Source: a virus. From it: a stretch of DNA of 64,000 nucleotides. This document shows, piece by piece, positions 40,238 through 49,559 of this stretch. The position numbers were made by a program, and so were the translations under genes. The stretch's first letter is position 1, and each line of letters begins with the position of its first letter. The stretch covers positions 1 to 64,000 of IMG/VR virus record IMGVR_UViG_3300006802_000073; one strand, written 5' to 3'. The notes under the pieces are model-generated. The model saw only the letters and a list, made by a program, of their open reading frames with translations, did no database searches and was not told the origin of the DNA.

Positions 40238-41113
40238 TTAAAACTCCTGTACACATTCTAAAAGCTGCTTCATTCTATTCTTCATAAAGAAATTTACAAG
40301 CTGGCTTCTATCTTTTTTGGGTTGATTGACAAATGTATTTATAATACTGTCCTTAATACCCTCAGGAATTTTTTCAAAATCTACTAATGTTCTATTACGT
40401 GAGAAATTACGTTGAAAAGTATCATCTAAGGGTAGTTCATTTCTCCATGTATTAATCCGCTTCATTGTAATAGGCTTTTGTCTGCTACCAGCAAAAACAG
40501 AATCATCTGATGATAGTACATTAGGAATACCATCTCCGGTATCACCTTTTACAATATGTTCAAATAAATATTCTTGTGGTGTTAGAGAAGATCTAAACAT
40601 CTTCTTCTGAATAGGATTATATTGTTTTACATTAGAAAATTTTTGCAATTGATAAAAATCATGATCTCCGGAGATAATTAAAAATGGTTTTGGCTCACTA
40701 TCAATTAGTGTTTCCTTTAGATCATTGGTTTGGCTCCACTCTGCTAAAACAGCAATAACATCATCTGCCTCTGCACCTTCAACATTCATTACTGTATAGG
40801 GAAAGAATTTATCTAGTTCTTCTCTAACCAAGCTCAAAGTTTCAAAAATAGATTTCCAATCAAACCCTGATGATTCTCTATCACGGCGCCTATGCGCCTT
40901 ATAATATGCAAACACCCCTCTACGCCAATAACTTCTACTATCACAGGCGATAACTATATCACCATATTCTTCATAAAATTTTTGCTTATAACCACGGATC
41001 GAATTTAAAATCATATGTCGAACTAAAGGAACATTAATATCTACATCTGTCCTTCCTTTAATCTCCATCATTAAATTAGAAATTGCTGTTTGGCTATAGT
41101 CTACTACTATCAT
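40238..41113 (-). CDS. rnh: T4-type RNase H / 5'-3' exonuclease
   Basis: YWRR..F.YYK, EADD, ISGDHDF.QLQ, GDTGDGIPN. Confidence 0.9.
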   Translation of the reverse strand: MIVVDYSQTAISNLMMEIKGRTDVDINVPLVRHMILNSIRGYKQKFYEEYGDIVIACDSRSYWRRGVFAYYKAHRRRDRESSGFDWKSIFETLSLVREELDKFFPYTVMNVEGAEADDVIAVLAEWSQTNDLKETLIDSEPKPFLIISGDHDFYQLQKFSNVKQYNPIQKKMFRSSLTPQEYLFEHIVKGDTGDGIPNVLSSDDSVFAGSRQKPITMKRINTWRNELPLDDTFQRNFSRNRTLVDFEKIPEGIKDSIINTFVNQPKKDRSQLVNFFMKNRMKQLLECVQEF

Positions 41114-42168
41114 GCTATCCTCACTATTAGTGTATCGGCATTCATTCTACCGCGTACCGGTTGAGCTTTCGCTTTAATATTATCCATAAACTTTCTTAGT
41201 TGAACCTTGCCTGCATTGACAAGATCTTTTAGTTGTGTTTCTGGTTTACGTAGAGTTTTCTGTGAAGAAAGTTCTGGTTCATAGTTTTGAAGAGTACTAC
41301 CCTTTACTTGAATACCAGAAGCACTTTCAGTTTTATATACTGCAAGTTTCCTTGTCTTAGTATTGAATACCCAAACCTGCATAGCACCCACAATATCAGT
41401 AACAGTTATCGAATTAATTTTCAATTCCTCATCACTCTTTTTATATTTAAGATTTTTGACTTGAGTAGCAGCAGGCTTTGCCTTACGTTGACGAGGTTTT
41501 CTATTCGCCTTCTTAAAATCACAGTACGATTGAACAGAAGGAATAAATGTACCTAGCACTTTAATAAGATTAACTAATGTCTTTCTTTCAATAGTATATG
41601 CCTCATCCTTAGATTCATATACATGAACAAATTCAGTAATCTTTTCTTTTACCCATACTTCGATCTGAGTATTGCATTGCTTTGGTAATTGTTTTGCTTT
41701 AAGATCAGAAAGCAGATCGAAAGATTTAATCTTTCCCTTGTATAAGGCATCAATAATAACTTCTAGTTCACCCAGATATTCATTAATCTTGTTAACAGTT
41801 GCTTCTTGAATAGAAATACGAGGTGTAGATGTTGTTGCTTGCTTTGTAATAATTTTCTTCTGCAAAGATTTAATATAAACAAGAATCCGTTCTGTATCTT
41901 TAGCTGTTAGAACGCCTCCTCGAGTTGCGATACGTGCTAACCAACCAAAAGTAGGAGTGATCTCGGAATCAGAAATTTGTGCAAGATACGGTGCATCAAT
42001 ATTTGACTTAGACACATATTGATGCAGATATTTCTTAGCATCTTTACGATCTTTTTCCAAAGAATACCAATTCAGAGCTTTAGTCAATTCTATTTTATAG
42101 TTCTCCATAGAACTATTTATAGTTGTTGCCTCAGGCTCTGTACTGGCAGAAATCACTACTTTGGTCAT
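41110..42168 (-). CDS. conserved T4-like hypothetical protein
   Basis: 352 aa; VFNTKTRKL, VKGSTL, KTLRKP, GRMN C-terminal motifs. Confidence 0.7.
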   Translation of the reverse strand: MTKVVISASTEPEATTINSSMENYKIELTKALNWYSLEKDRKDAKKYLHQYVSKSNIDAPYLAQISDSEITPTFGWLARIATRGGVLTAKDTERILVYIKSLQKKIITKQATTSTPRISIQEATVNKINEYLGELEVIIDALYKGKIKSFDLLSDLKAKQLPKQCNTQIEVWVKEKITEFVHVYESKDEAYTIERKTLVNLIKVLGTFIPSVQSYCDFKKANRKPRQRKAKPAATQVKNLKYKKSDEELKINSITVTDIVGAMQVWVFNTKTRKLAVYKTESASGIQVKGSTLQNYEPELSSQKTLRKPETQLKDLVNAGKVQLRKFMDNIKAKAQPVRGRMNADTLIVRIA

Positions 42169-42413
42169 ACAATCTCCACTTGTTGGATAGATTCTAGACG
42201 CACACTACGCCATTCTTGTTTATCAATATCAAACACAGGAACGACTTCATCATTGACCTTTCGCACACGAGAAGTTTTCTTCTCATATGCGATAACTTTA
42301 TCTTCCTGTAGAGTGCAATTCATAACTCGAATTGTATGATCTTTTTTCTCAAATGTCAAGCAAACTTGACCTGCTTTTAGTGCAGTCAATAATTCTTCTT
42401 TTGTAATAATCAT
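42165..42413 (-). CDS. WYL/SH3-like small protein
   Basis: LTFEKKD..R.M.CTL...VFDIDKQEWRS.R. Confidence 0.7.
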   Translation of the reverse strand: MIITKEELLTALKAGQVCLTFEKKDHTIRVMNCTLQEDKVIAYEKKTSRVRKVNDEVVPVFDIDKQEWRSVRLESIQQVEIV

Positions 42414-42640
42414 AGTTCTGATTCCATCTCAGTAATTTTCAATTCATTTGCTTCTGCTTCTGAATCGAGTAAGAAGGTAATTGCTTCTTCTTGTTCTCTG
42501 GACATAAACTCTTTTACTTCTTCAATCCATTCTAATGGAACAAAAAGTTTTTCTTGAATTTCTGTTGCACTATAACCATCATATAGCATATCTTCAATTG
42601 TAATTGCAATTTCAGACATTCGGGACATATGCTTCTCCAA
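42410..42640 (-). CDS. acidic hypothetical early protein
   Basis: ORF in the early operon; start probably MSRMSE. Confidence 0.5.
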   Translation of the reverse strand: MEKHMSRMSEIAITIEDMLYDGYSATEIQEKLFVPLEWIEEVKEFMSREQEEAITFLLDSEAEANELKITEMESEL

Positions 42641-42803
42641 TAATCTGTTTAAATTCTTTCACTGCTGTTTCACAAGAATCCATAATAGTTTTTATGCGAT
42701 TGAATGGTTGTGCTCGTTCTGTGATCTCATAGAAATAATGTCCCCGTTGCCACAAAACCGTATTACCTTTAGCCATAATGAAATGGGGAAAGTAACCCAT
42801 CAA
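42612..42803 (-). CDS. small early protein
   Basis: AAGGAG RBS and promoter upstream; resembles ORF 43376-43567 (F.P.FI...G..VLWQ.G..YF). Confidence 0.6.
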   Translation of the reverse strand: MMGYFPHFIMAKGNTVLWQRGHYFYEITERAQPFNRIKTIMDSCETAVKEFKQIIGEAYVPNV

Positions 42804-42806
42804 AAG

Positions 42807-42861
42807 CTCCTTGTTATCAACGATTCAGACTTAATTATAGAGGAATCTAACTATCTGTCAA
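42807..42861 (-). promoter_or_regulatory. early sigma70 promoter plus conserved leader
   Basis: TTGACA-N16-TATAAT; leader GTTGATAACAAGGAG. Confidence 0.75.
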
Positions 42862-42880
42862 GCATTTTTACTAAGAAAAA

Positions 42881-43297
42881 CTACTTAGAAATCAATGAGT
42901 AAGGTTTGTTCCATTTACCGATGTTAACATCGATATACCAGCCTACATCAAAGTAGTCGGTTTGGATGTCGCTATTATCATGGTTTCCGTTATTCATGGC
43001 AGGAATAACTTCACTAAGGAACTTGAGTGCCTTGCCATCAAAATGACTTTTGTAATGGTACGGGTTCACATCAATACAACCATTAGTCACTGGTCGGAAC
43101 TGGTTGTATGAAGGGCGTAGTTCTTCTTCGCCTAGTCGGTTAAACGATTCAACGAAATCCACCTTGCCACTCTTAATGTTTAGGCACAGGGTTCTATGAT
43201 TGCGAACTGCAAGCGAAGCCTTAACTCCGTATTTCTTGCAGATTGCTTTAATCTGGGGAGCCAACTTTGCTTTAAGATCTTGACTAACGTATGCCAT
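42881..43297 (-). CDS. conserved early phage protein
   Basis: MAYVSQ..., NHDNSDIQTDYFDVGWY..IGKW; strong RBS. Confidence 0.7.
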   Translation of the reverse strand: MAYVSQDLKAKLAPQIKAICKKYGVKASLAVRNHRTLCLNIKSGKVDFVESFNRLGEEELRPSYNQFRPVTNGCIDVNPYHYKSHFDGKALKFLSEVIPAMNNGNHDNSDIQTDYFDVGWYIDVNIGKWNKPYSLISK

Positions 43298-43303
43298 TTC
43301 AAA

Positions 43304-43389
43304 CTCCTTGTCATCAACAATATACCTACATTATACATGAATCTAACTATCTGTCAAGCATTTTCTTTGGGTTCGCTAACTCATTGATT
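43304..43389 (-). promoter_or_regulatory. early sigma70 promoter, conserved leader and upstream IHF box
   Basis: TTGACA(43357-52)-N16-TATAAT; leader GTTGATGACAAGGAG; AATCAATGAGTTA at 43389-77. Confidence 0.75.
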
Positions 43390-43567
43390 TTACAGTATTA
43401 AATATCATAATAGCTTCTTCAAAGGTATGATGGATCAGAACATGAGTAACTATCTTGTTATTTTCGATACGAAAATAATCAGGTCCATATTGCCAAAGTA
43501 CAAGAAATCCGTCTCTTGTAATAAATCTAGGCATAAAAGAAACGGATTTTTTGTAGTCAACTGTCAT
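43376..43567 (-). CDS. small hypothetical protein, paralogue-like of 42612-42803
   Basis: ATGA coupling; shared motif. Confidence 0.5.
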   Translation of the reverse strand: MTVDYKKSVSFMPRFITRDGFLVLWQYGPDYFRIENNKIVTHVLIHHTFEEAIMIFNTVKSMS

Positions 43568-43977
43568 AGATGAATATGTAGGCGTTTAATATGTGATGAA
43601 GAAACCTTGACAATGATCCATCCGTTGTACCAGAGATCGGGATATTCTAGAACTCCCTGTACAAATTGCTCTCTTGCCTCGAGATAATTTGCCTCACCTT
43701 TAGATTTACATAGATATAAAATTGTACGTCTAAAACTATTTTCACCTAACTTTGCTACATCTGTTTTAAGTTCATCTGATGATGACCAATATTTTTTCCA
43801 ATCAGATTGAACTATGATTTTTTTTCTTTTACCTTTTATTTGTTTATATTTTTTAGTCCAAAATAATTTTTTGCCGATATATTTTTTACCGGTAGGTATA
43901 CAGGTAATAAGATATACAAAACCTATATCATCTGAGTTAGGAGTTGTAAAAACTTGTCCATTATATAGCCAATCCAT
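43564..43977 (-). CDS. GIY-YIG family endonuclease
   Basis: FVYLIT..TGKKYIGKK, SDWKKYWSSS, YLEAREQF, YN. Confidence 0.8.
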   Translation of the reverse strand: MDWLYNGQVFTTPNSDDIGFVYLITCIPTGKKYIGKKLFWTKKYKQIKGKRKKIIVQSDWKKYWSSSDELKTDVAKLGENSFRRTILYLCKSKGEANYLEAREQFVQGVLEYPDLWYNGWIIVKVSSSHIKRLHIHL

Positions 43978-43998
43978 AAATAACCTCTTTTGGTTTAT

Positions 43999-44157
43999 TT
44001 ATGAATCATCTTCCTCATTATAATCGAATTCTTGTTCATCTGTTAATTCAGAGCCACAAAAAGCACAATACAGTACTTTATAATAATGATCATCTAGATC
44101 ATGTCTTATTTTAAATACTGCTTCACAATCGAAACATTCGTAACCTTTATTTGCCAA
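43999..44157 (-). CDS. zinc-ribbon protein with acidic tail (TTG start, not in the ORF track)
   Basis: CFDC...CAFC; AGGAG RBS. Confidence 0.65.
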   Translation of the reverse strand: MANKGYECFDCEAVFKIRHDLDDHYYKVLYCAFCGSELTDEQEFDYNEEDDS

Positions 44158-44166
44158 TATTAACTC

Positions 44167-44361
44167 CTATTTGCAACAATTTCTTTTTTCTTTTATAGAG
44201 GATATTTCTATCCATTTGTTAATTGGACAGCGAACACTTTTCATTAAAACTTTGCCAGGCATAAAGCAACCACATTCTTTGCAAATTTTAAGCATAGGAT
44301 TGAATCTGTCGCATTCCTTGCATATCTCCATACGAATTTGATTATAGGTCATTCCTATCAT
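44167..44361 (-). CDS. Cys-rich small protein
   Basis: R..IC..C...C.ECGCFM..K....CP..KW. Confidence 0.65.
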   Translation of the reverse strand: MIGMTYNQIRMEICKECDRFNPMLKICKECGCFMPGKVLMKSVRCPINKWIEISSIKEKRNCCK

Positions 44362-44362
44362 T

Positions 44363-44911
44363 TTATTTAGCTAGAGGATTGTTCAATGCTTCTTGTATTT
44401 TTTTAGCAACATTAGCATTAGATTCTTTAATTGCATTATCTAGTTCTTTGCGAGTTGCTCGAAGTTCTGTTTGAACCTCTTTGACGCTTATATCTGTCTC
44501 TCGTTGGCTTTGTTTAGAGCTACGTTCAACGGAATCGACTACTCCTTCAAGCCTTCGGATATCACTTTTTAAATCATTTTTAATATTGTTTGTGTATCCG
44601 GTTGCTTGATTTACAGTTTCTTTAGTTGCATCCATTTCTTTATTTAACACTTCAAGTTTTTTATTAATTTCTCCAAGATCTGGGGCAACATATTCTGTAA
44701 TAGCTTTTTTCATACCTTGATAATCTTTATATACTTCAAACGCACCATATAAACCACCAAGAACAGTTGAAACAAGAGTACCTGCAATCATGATTTTTGC
44801 AGGTGTAAAAGAATATCCTCCGATAGAAATCACAGTATTTTCGCTCATGTATTTTTCTTTAGCTGCTTCCAGCTCTTCTATTTTTGCATCAACGTCCTTA
44901 CCTTTTTCCAT
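44363..44911 (-). CDS. single-TM coiled-coil protein (exported cassette gene 6)
   Basis: TM IMIAGTLVSTVLGGLYGAF followed by ~120 aa of heptad-like sequence. Confidence 0.7.
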   Translation of the reverse strand: MEKGKDVDAKIEELEAAKEKYMSENTVISIGGYSFTPAKIMIAGTLVSTVLGGLYGAFEVYKDYQGMKKAITEYVAPDLGEINKKLEVLNKEMDATKETVNQATGYTNNIKNDLKSDIRRLEGVVDSVERSSKQSQRETDISVKEVQTELRATRKELDNAIKESNANVAKKIQEALNNPLAK

Positions 44912-44913
44912 CT

Positions 44914-45324
44914 TTATTTACCTTTGTTTTCAAACTGCATTCTTCTTAAATTTTCTAATTCTTGATTAAGTCTCATCACCTCTATTCGTCGTTTCGTTAA
45001 TTCTAATTGATAAAATAAATTACAATCGAGACGAGTTTTTGGTGCTCCAATTGGTATTATTATTCTACCATAAACACCAACCTGTTTACCTGTATTTGCA
45101 TTTACGTTTGATCCAATAACGGTTGTATTGTTATTATTATTTGCAATACCTAAAACACCAAATTCTATATTGGTACCTGAACCAATTGCCATAGAACATT
45201 CCATATTATCTGCTCTAATATGGTCATTTTGATATTGCCCAGGTGACATAGGTATAGACAAATTTAAAGAATCGACCGCATATGCATTAGCAGATAACAT
45301 AAGAATAACGAAAATTCTTTTCAT
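44914..45324 (-). CDS. exported protein with amphipathic beta-strands, Cys pair and C-terminal coiled coil (cassette gene 5)
   Basis: Signal peptide ending AYA; NIEFGVLG and VGVYGRIIIPIG strands. Confidence 0.7.
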   Translation of the reverse strand: MKRIFVILMLSANAYAVDSLNLSIPMSPGQYQNDHIRADNMECSMAIGSGTNIEFGVLGIANNNNNTTVIGSNVNANTGKQVGVYGRIIIPIGAPKTRLDCNLFYQLELTKRRIEVMRLNQELENLRRMQFENKGK

Positions 45325-45327
45325 ATT

Positions 45328-45705
45328 TCATCTTTTCCTTGAGCATATTTTAGATGCTATTACAGTCACAGTATTTTCAGTTACCATTATTTTTGATTCA
45401 CTACATATATAAGTAACTTTATCAACATTAGATGAATTCACAAATATCTCAATAGTTTTTCGTCTCAAGTATGGAATATAAATAATTCCACTTGGACTAG
45501 ACATAAAAAGTATCTTATTCCAATTTTTATCGTAAACTGTTATTTCATAATAATTAACATCTTTACGCATATTCAACAATTCCATTTTTGTACTGGATAT
45601 ACCAGATACAAAAGAAAAACTAAATCTAGGATATGTTGGTGTAAATTGATGAGCATGCGCCCACCCACTTAACATAATAAAGAATATCACGACATAACGA
45701 AACAT
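45328..45705 (-). CDS. exported beta-sandwich protein, possibly pilus-chaperone-like (cassette gene 4)
   Basis: Signal peptide ending AHA; FTPT start, beta-rich, C-terminal Cys pair. Confidence 0.55.
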   Translation of the reverse strand: MFRYVVIFFIMLSGWAHAHQFTPTYPRFSFSFVSGISSTKMELLNMRKDVNYYEITVYDKNWNKILFMSSPSGIIYIPYLRRKTIEIFVNSSNVDKVTYICSESKIMVTENTVTVIASKICSRKR

Positions 45706-45710
45706 TTATA

Positions 45711-46214
45711 TCACAATGCTATACATTCAGCCACAACAACAGCACGATAAGTACCACCTGGGAGTGCTTTTCCTACACCATATGTTGCAGTTGAAGATGA
45801 TTTAAACCATGTTGAACCTGCAAAGGTTAAATCAAATTCAGTTGTATTATTATAAACACGTTTATTGGTATCATATGCAGACATACCAGCTACAGAAACA
45901 CGGCTAACACTCGTATCTCCTACCCAATCAACAGTATCACTTAAAGTTGGAGAAGTAGAAAACGATATTGGAGTGCTGATAACTGCTTTATATGCATTTG
46001 CTGCAAATACATCATACCGAATAACAGGCATAACACCACCATCTGCAGGAGCTGTACTTAATTTATCAATAGTTGGGTTACCATAAATACCCGTTGTATC
46101 TGTTGTTATAATACATTTACTTGCTACAGTTCCAATAATTGGAACCTCAGAAGCAGTAGCAGTAATTGTAAGAGCAATCATTAATCCTACAAAACCTAAA
46201 ATCTTTTTATGCAT
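45711..46214 (-). CDS. exported fimbrial/pilin-like protein (cassette gene 3)
   Basis: Signal peptide; I.GTV.SKC.I N-terminal strand; LPGGTYRAVVV C-terminal strand; Thr/Ser/Gly rich. Confidence 0.55.
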   Translation of the reverse strand: MHKKILGFVGLMIALTITATASEVPIIGTVASKCIITTDTTGIYGNPTIDKLSTAPADGGVMPVIRYDVFAANAYKAVISTPISFSTSPTLSDTVDWVGDTSVSRVSVAGMSAYDTNKRVYNNTTEFDLTFAGSTWFKSSSTATYGVGKALPGGTYRAVVVAECIAL

Positions 46215-46229
46215 AAAATTCTCCGAGAA

Positions 46230-47108
46230 TTAGTTGTTATTAAAACGTTTATACTGCTCTTCTACCATTTTTTTATGTAAATTTTGTTGTGTTAAGTTTC
46301 CTCTTAACGCTTTAACATTATCTGGAAGTTTTGCATCTTGAAGTCTAACTGCATCTTTGTATGTGCCACCAGGCATACTGACACTATAACTTTCAAATCC
46401 TTTAATATTATTCATAGCAAAAAAGGCATCTGCTTGAGCTACAGCATTTGCCGTTAATAAAGTATTTTGTATTGCTTTATTAGCAATTTGTTCAATTTTC
46501 TTCTTCTTTTCTTCTGCAGCCTTTTTCAATTCTTTTTGTTTCTTTTCTTCTTCAGTTTCTAATTTTGTTTTATTTGCCATTACTTCTTTAATATATTCTT
46601 CTGTAGCAGTATCTGTTGCTATTGAAGGAGTGTCAATTGTTGGTGGAATATAATTTGGACAAGATCTATCTATTACTGGAGTAGCTGCACATGTATCAAT
46701 CTTATAATTATATATAATAACTGGATTTTTTACAGTTCCAAAACCAGTTGTGGCAATTTCACCATCACCCCATGCTTTAAAAGGAATATTGTCAACTGGA
46801 ACAGATTTAGCAATAGTATTTCCAGGAAGACCTGACCAATCATCGGTGCTTCTAAAAACAAACCCCGTCCCTGATGCATTCTTATTTTGTATTGAAACAG
46901 TAAATGCATCCGCTGGATTTTTTGTTACATTATAAGTATATATAATACCGGTTACAGAAAGACCTGTATTTTGCGGTATAACATTCGTCATAGTCCATTG
47001 CTGACCGGTTGCAGCAGCATTTGAACTTTGATTATATGTTGTCTCAGAGTAAGAATAAAAGGAACAAAATGCTAATAAGACCCCCACCCATCCAAGTTTT
47101 TTGTTCAT
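46230..47108 (-). CDS. exported protein with beta domain, Cys pair and charged helical region (cassette gene 2)
   Basis: Signal peptide; CAATPVIDRSC; EEEKKQKELKK stretch. Confidence 0.65.
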   Translation of the reverse strand: MNKKLGWVGVLLAFCSFYSYSETTYNQSSNAAATGQQWTMTNVIPQNTGLSVTGIIYTYNVTKNPADAFTVSIQNKNASGTGFVFRSTDDWSGLPGNTIAKSVPVDNIPFKAWGDGEIATTGFGTVKNPVIIYNYKIDTCAATPVIDRSCPNYIPPTIDTPSIATDTATEEYIKEVMANKTKLETEEEKKQKELKKAAEEKKKKIEQIANKAIQNTLLTANAVAQADAFFAMNNIKGFESYSVSMPGGTYKDAVRLQDAKLPDNVKALRGNLTQQNLHKKMVEEQYKRFNNN

Positions 47109-47589
47109 CGCTCATCCCTTCTAATTTTTTAGTTTCTTGTTTAGGTATTCTTTCTGGATTAGATTGCCATGCAGCTTTTGCTTCAGAACCTATCATACCA
47201 TCATAAGGACAGGGTGTTCCTGCCATAATCATAGCATCAAAAACACGATGATCTTGACAAAGTGTTGACACTGCAGCAACTTTCATTCCCATATCATATA
47301 ATGTTTTTGATAATTTTAATCTTTCACAATTCAAATCTCGAATTGTCATACCACCAGAAAGTCCTAATATTTGAGTTTGAACAGCTCCAGCAACTCCTGT
47401 TGTGCATAAGTCCGAATTAGTATTATTAATTGTTGGACTAATTGCAGATGGAGGAGGAGATTTTAAAGTTGTTACAGAATCAGATTTTACGGTGCTTGTT
47501 GAAGTCGATTCAGTTATAATTGGTTGTGCATAAACAGAGAATGATAAAAAAATAATAAAAAACACCAAAAATGGTAGCTTTTTTTGCAT
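47044..47589 (-). CDS. exported 4-Cys protein with C-terminal hydrophobic anchor (cassette gene 1)
   Basis: Start MQKKLPFLVFF..VYA; SPPPSAISP, DLC, NCERLKL, LCQD, GTPCP; ends LISILFLLFLL. Confidence 0.7.
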   Translation of the reverse strand: MQKKLPFLVFFIIFLSFSVYAQPIITESTSTSTVKSDSVTTLKSPPPSAISPTINNTNSDLCTTGVAGAVQTQILGLSGGMTIRDLNCERLKLSKTLYDMGMKVAAVSTLCQDHRVFDAMIMAGTPCPYDGMIGSEAKAAWQSNPERIPKQETKKLEGMSDEQKTWMGGGLISILFLLFLL

Positions 47590-47611
47590 TTTTCCTTCTA
47601 ACATTCTATTA

Positions 47612-48592
47612 TTAAGCCCAAACTTCATCCCAAGATCCTGAAAGCGCACCTTTTGCATAATCGGTTGCACGATTTTCAAAGAAATTTGTATGAATAGGCG
47701 CATTGATAATTTCCTCAACCCACGGTAGAGGATTCTTTTTTACTTTAAAAATACCTTTCATTCCAAGAGAAATTAATCTACGATCAGCGATATAACGGAT
47801 ATAGGTTTTAACATCATCTGAAATTAAATTCTGCATATTATCTATACCAAAAGCCAAATCAATAAATTTATCTTCTAGATCCACCATCTTTGTAGCTATA
47901 GTATATATCTTTCCTTTTAATTCATCATTCCATAATTCACGATTTTCTTCAATATAAGTTCTAAATAATTTTATCATAGATTCAGCATGCATAGTTTCAT
48001 CTACAATACTCCAGCTTATAATTTGACCCATACCTTTCATTTTACCATGTCTAGGAAAATTAAGCAACATAATAAAAGAAGAAAATAATTGCATACCTTC
48101 AGTAAAGGCAGAAAAAGCTGCAATATTTGTTGCAACCGAATCCTTAGTACCATTGTTATTAGAAAGATTCGTAAAATATTCATGCTTATCCTTCATTGCC
48201 GCATATTCTAAAAATTCATTATACATAGAATCTGGCATACCTAAAGTTTCAATAAGATGACTATATGCTGCAATATGTACTGCCTCTCTTGCAGCAAATC
48301 CAGATAACATCATACGTATTTCAGGTTGAGGAAAATATGGCAGATAGTTCTTAATATAACCACCAGCTACATCAATATCTCCTTGAGTAAAAAATCTAAA
48401 TATATGAGTAAGAAATAATTTTTCAGAATCAGATAATTTATTTTTCCAATCTTTAACATCTTCAATCATCGGTACTTCACCAAATAACCAATGTGCTTGC
48501 TCATGTGCTAACCAAGAAGAATATGCCCATTCATAACTAAAAGGTCTAAAATAGTCTCTTTCATCTGTTAATTTTAATTTCTTTTTAACCAT
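47612..48592 (-). CDS. nrdB: ribonucleotide reductase class Ia beta subunit
   Basis: FFTQGD, EAVHIAAY, EGMQLFSSF, DETMH, NFFENRATDY. Confidence 0.95.
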   Translation of the reverse strand: MVKKKLKLTDERDYFRPFSYEWAYSSWLAHEQAHWLFGEVPMIEDVKDWKNKLSDSEKLFLTHIFRFFTQGDIDVAGGYIKNYLPYFPQPEIRMMLSGFAAREAVHIAAYSHLIETLGMPDSMYNEFLEYAAMKDKHEYFTNLSNNNGTKDSVATNIAAFSAFTEGMQLFSSFIMLLNFPRHGKMKGMGQIISWSIVDETMHAESMIKLFRTYIEENRELWNDELKGKIYTIATKMVDLEDKFIDLAFGIDNMQNLISDDVKTYIRYIADRRLISLGMKGIFKVKKNPLPWVEEIINAPIHTNFFENRATDYAKGALSGSWDEVWA

Positions 48593-48743
48593 TTTTCTCT
48601 CTCACATGCTCCGCTACTTTTTTAAGTGTATTAAACACTTCTTTATATTCTTCCTCTGTTAAACCGTCCTTTTCACATGATGCAATAAATTCTGCTAACA
48701 TGTTTTCTTGATCATCTTCTGTAATGAGAAGTTTTTTCTCCAT
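48585..48743 (-). CDS. small acidic protein (52 aa, not in the ORF track)
   Basis: MEKKLLITEDDQENMLAEF...; overlaps the nrdB start. Confidence 0.45.
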   Translation of the reverse strand: MEKKLLITEDDQENMLAEFIASCEKDGLTEEEYKEVFNTLKKVAEHVREKNG

Positions 48744-48756
48744 TATCTAATTCCTT

Positions 48757-48936
48757 TTAGTGTTTTATTATTTCTTCTTCTATAATATGTATTATAGTAT
48801 CAGTTAGAATAATTTCATGGCGAACTAAATCCATTTTTTGTTGTAGTATACTCATCTGTTCCTTATAATATTCTAATTCTCGTTCTTGTTGCTTTTTTGT
48901 TTCATAAACTTCTTTAAGAAAAATTATTGTACCCAT
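48757..48936 (-). CDS. small coiled-coil protein (59 aa, not in the ORF track)
   Basis: MGTIIFLKEVYETKKQQERELEYY...; TAATG coupling. Confidence 0.55.
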   Translation of the reverse strand: MGTIIFLKEVYETKKQQERELEYYKEQMSILQQKMDLVRHEIILTDTIIHIIEEEIIKH

Positions 48937-49559
48937 TACTTTACATAATACCCCAGTCTTTTATTTGTAATCTCCCCATTACCATCTTCTTCACCCTCTA
49001 TCCACGTACAATCATCCGGTACCAAAACATTTGTTGTATTCTCAAAAACAGGATAAAGTTCAGTATAGTCAAGCATATGATCAAATCCCCCTCGCAAATG
49101 TACTTCAATAACTTTATCACCTATAATCTCAATATTTAATCTCTCTACATCTAAATTGAATAAAACTGTAGGTAAAGCAAATTGTTTATCTATTCTTTCC
49201 CATTTCAAAAAATAAGATAAGTCATTACAATTATTATAACCTTGAAAACATACTAACTGTTCTAATATTTCACCACGTTTTACATAATCTACAGAATAGT
49301 GTCCTCCTGTAAATACTTCACACCAAAAATGACCTGCAGGTAAATGTGGTATATCGTCTTTGTTATAATAACATATTTTTGCACCAGCACCCATACCCTT
49401 AAGATTATAAGTTGGTCTAGTTATATAATAACCATCTTCAGGTATAGGAACAGATGCTGGTCCACATTTATAACCAAAAAAATCTGCTACAAATAATTTA
49501 TTAAACCAATTTCTATACTGTGGATATTTAAACCATGATTCTACATCTTCATCTATCAT
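48936..49559 (-). CDS. ATP-grasp-like phage protein
   Basis: RP.YNL.GMGAGA, WCEVFTG.H.SVD, NIE.I..KVIEVHLR; start MIDEDV. Confidence 0.55.
   Translation of the reverse strand: MIDEDVESWFKYPQYRNWFNKLFVADFFGYKCGPASVPIPEDGYYITRPTYNLKGMGAGAKICYYNKDDIPHLPAGHFWCEVFTGGHYSVDYVKRGEILEQLVCFQGYNNCNDLSYFLKWERIDKQFALPTVLFNLDVERLNIEIIGDKVIEVHLRGGFDHMLDYTELYPVFENTTNVLVPDDCTWIEGEEDGNGEITNKRLGYYVK

Noticed and set aside
43564-43977. Active mobile homing element
   Set aside because: Short catalytic-domain-only GIY-YIG with no DNA-binding extension or intron context; mobility cannot be supported.
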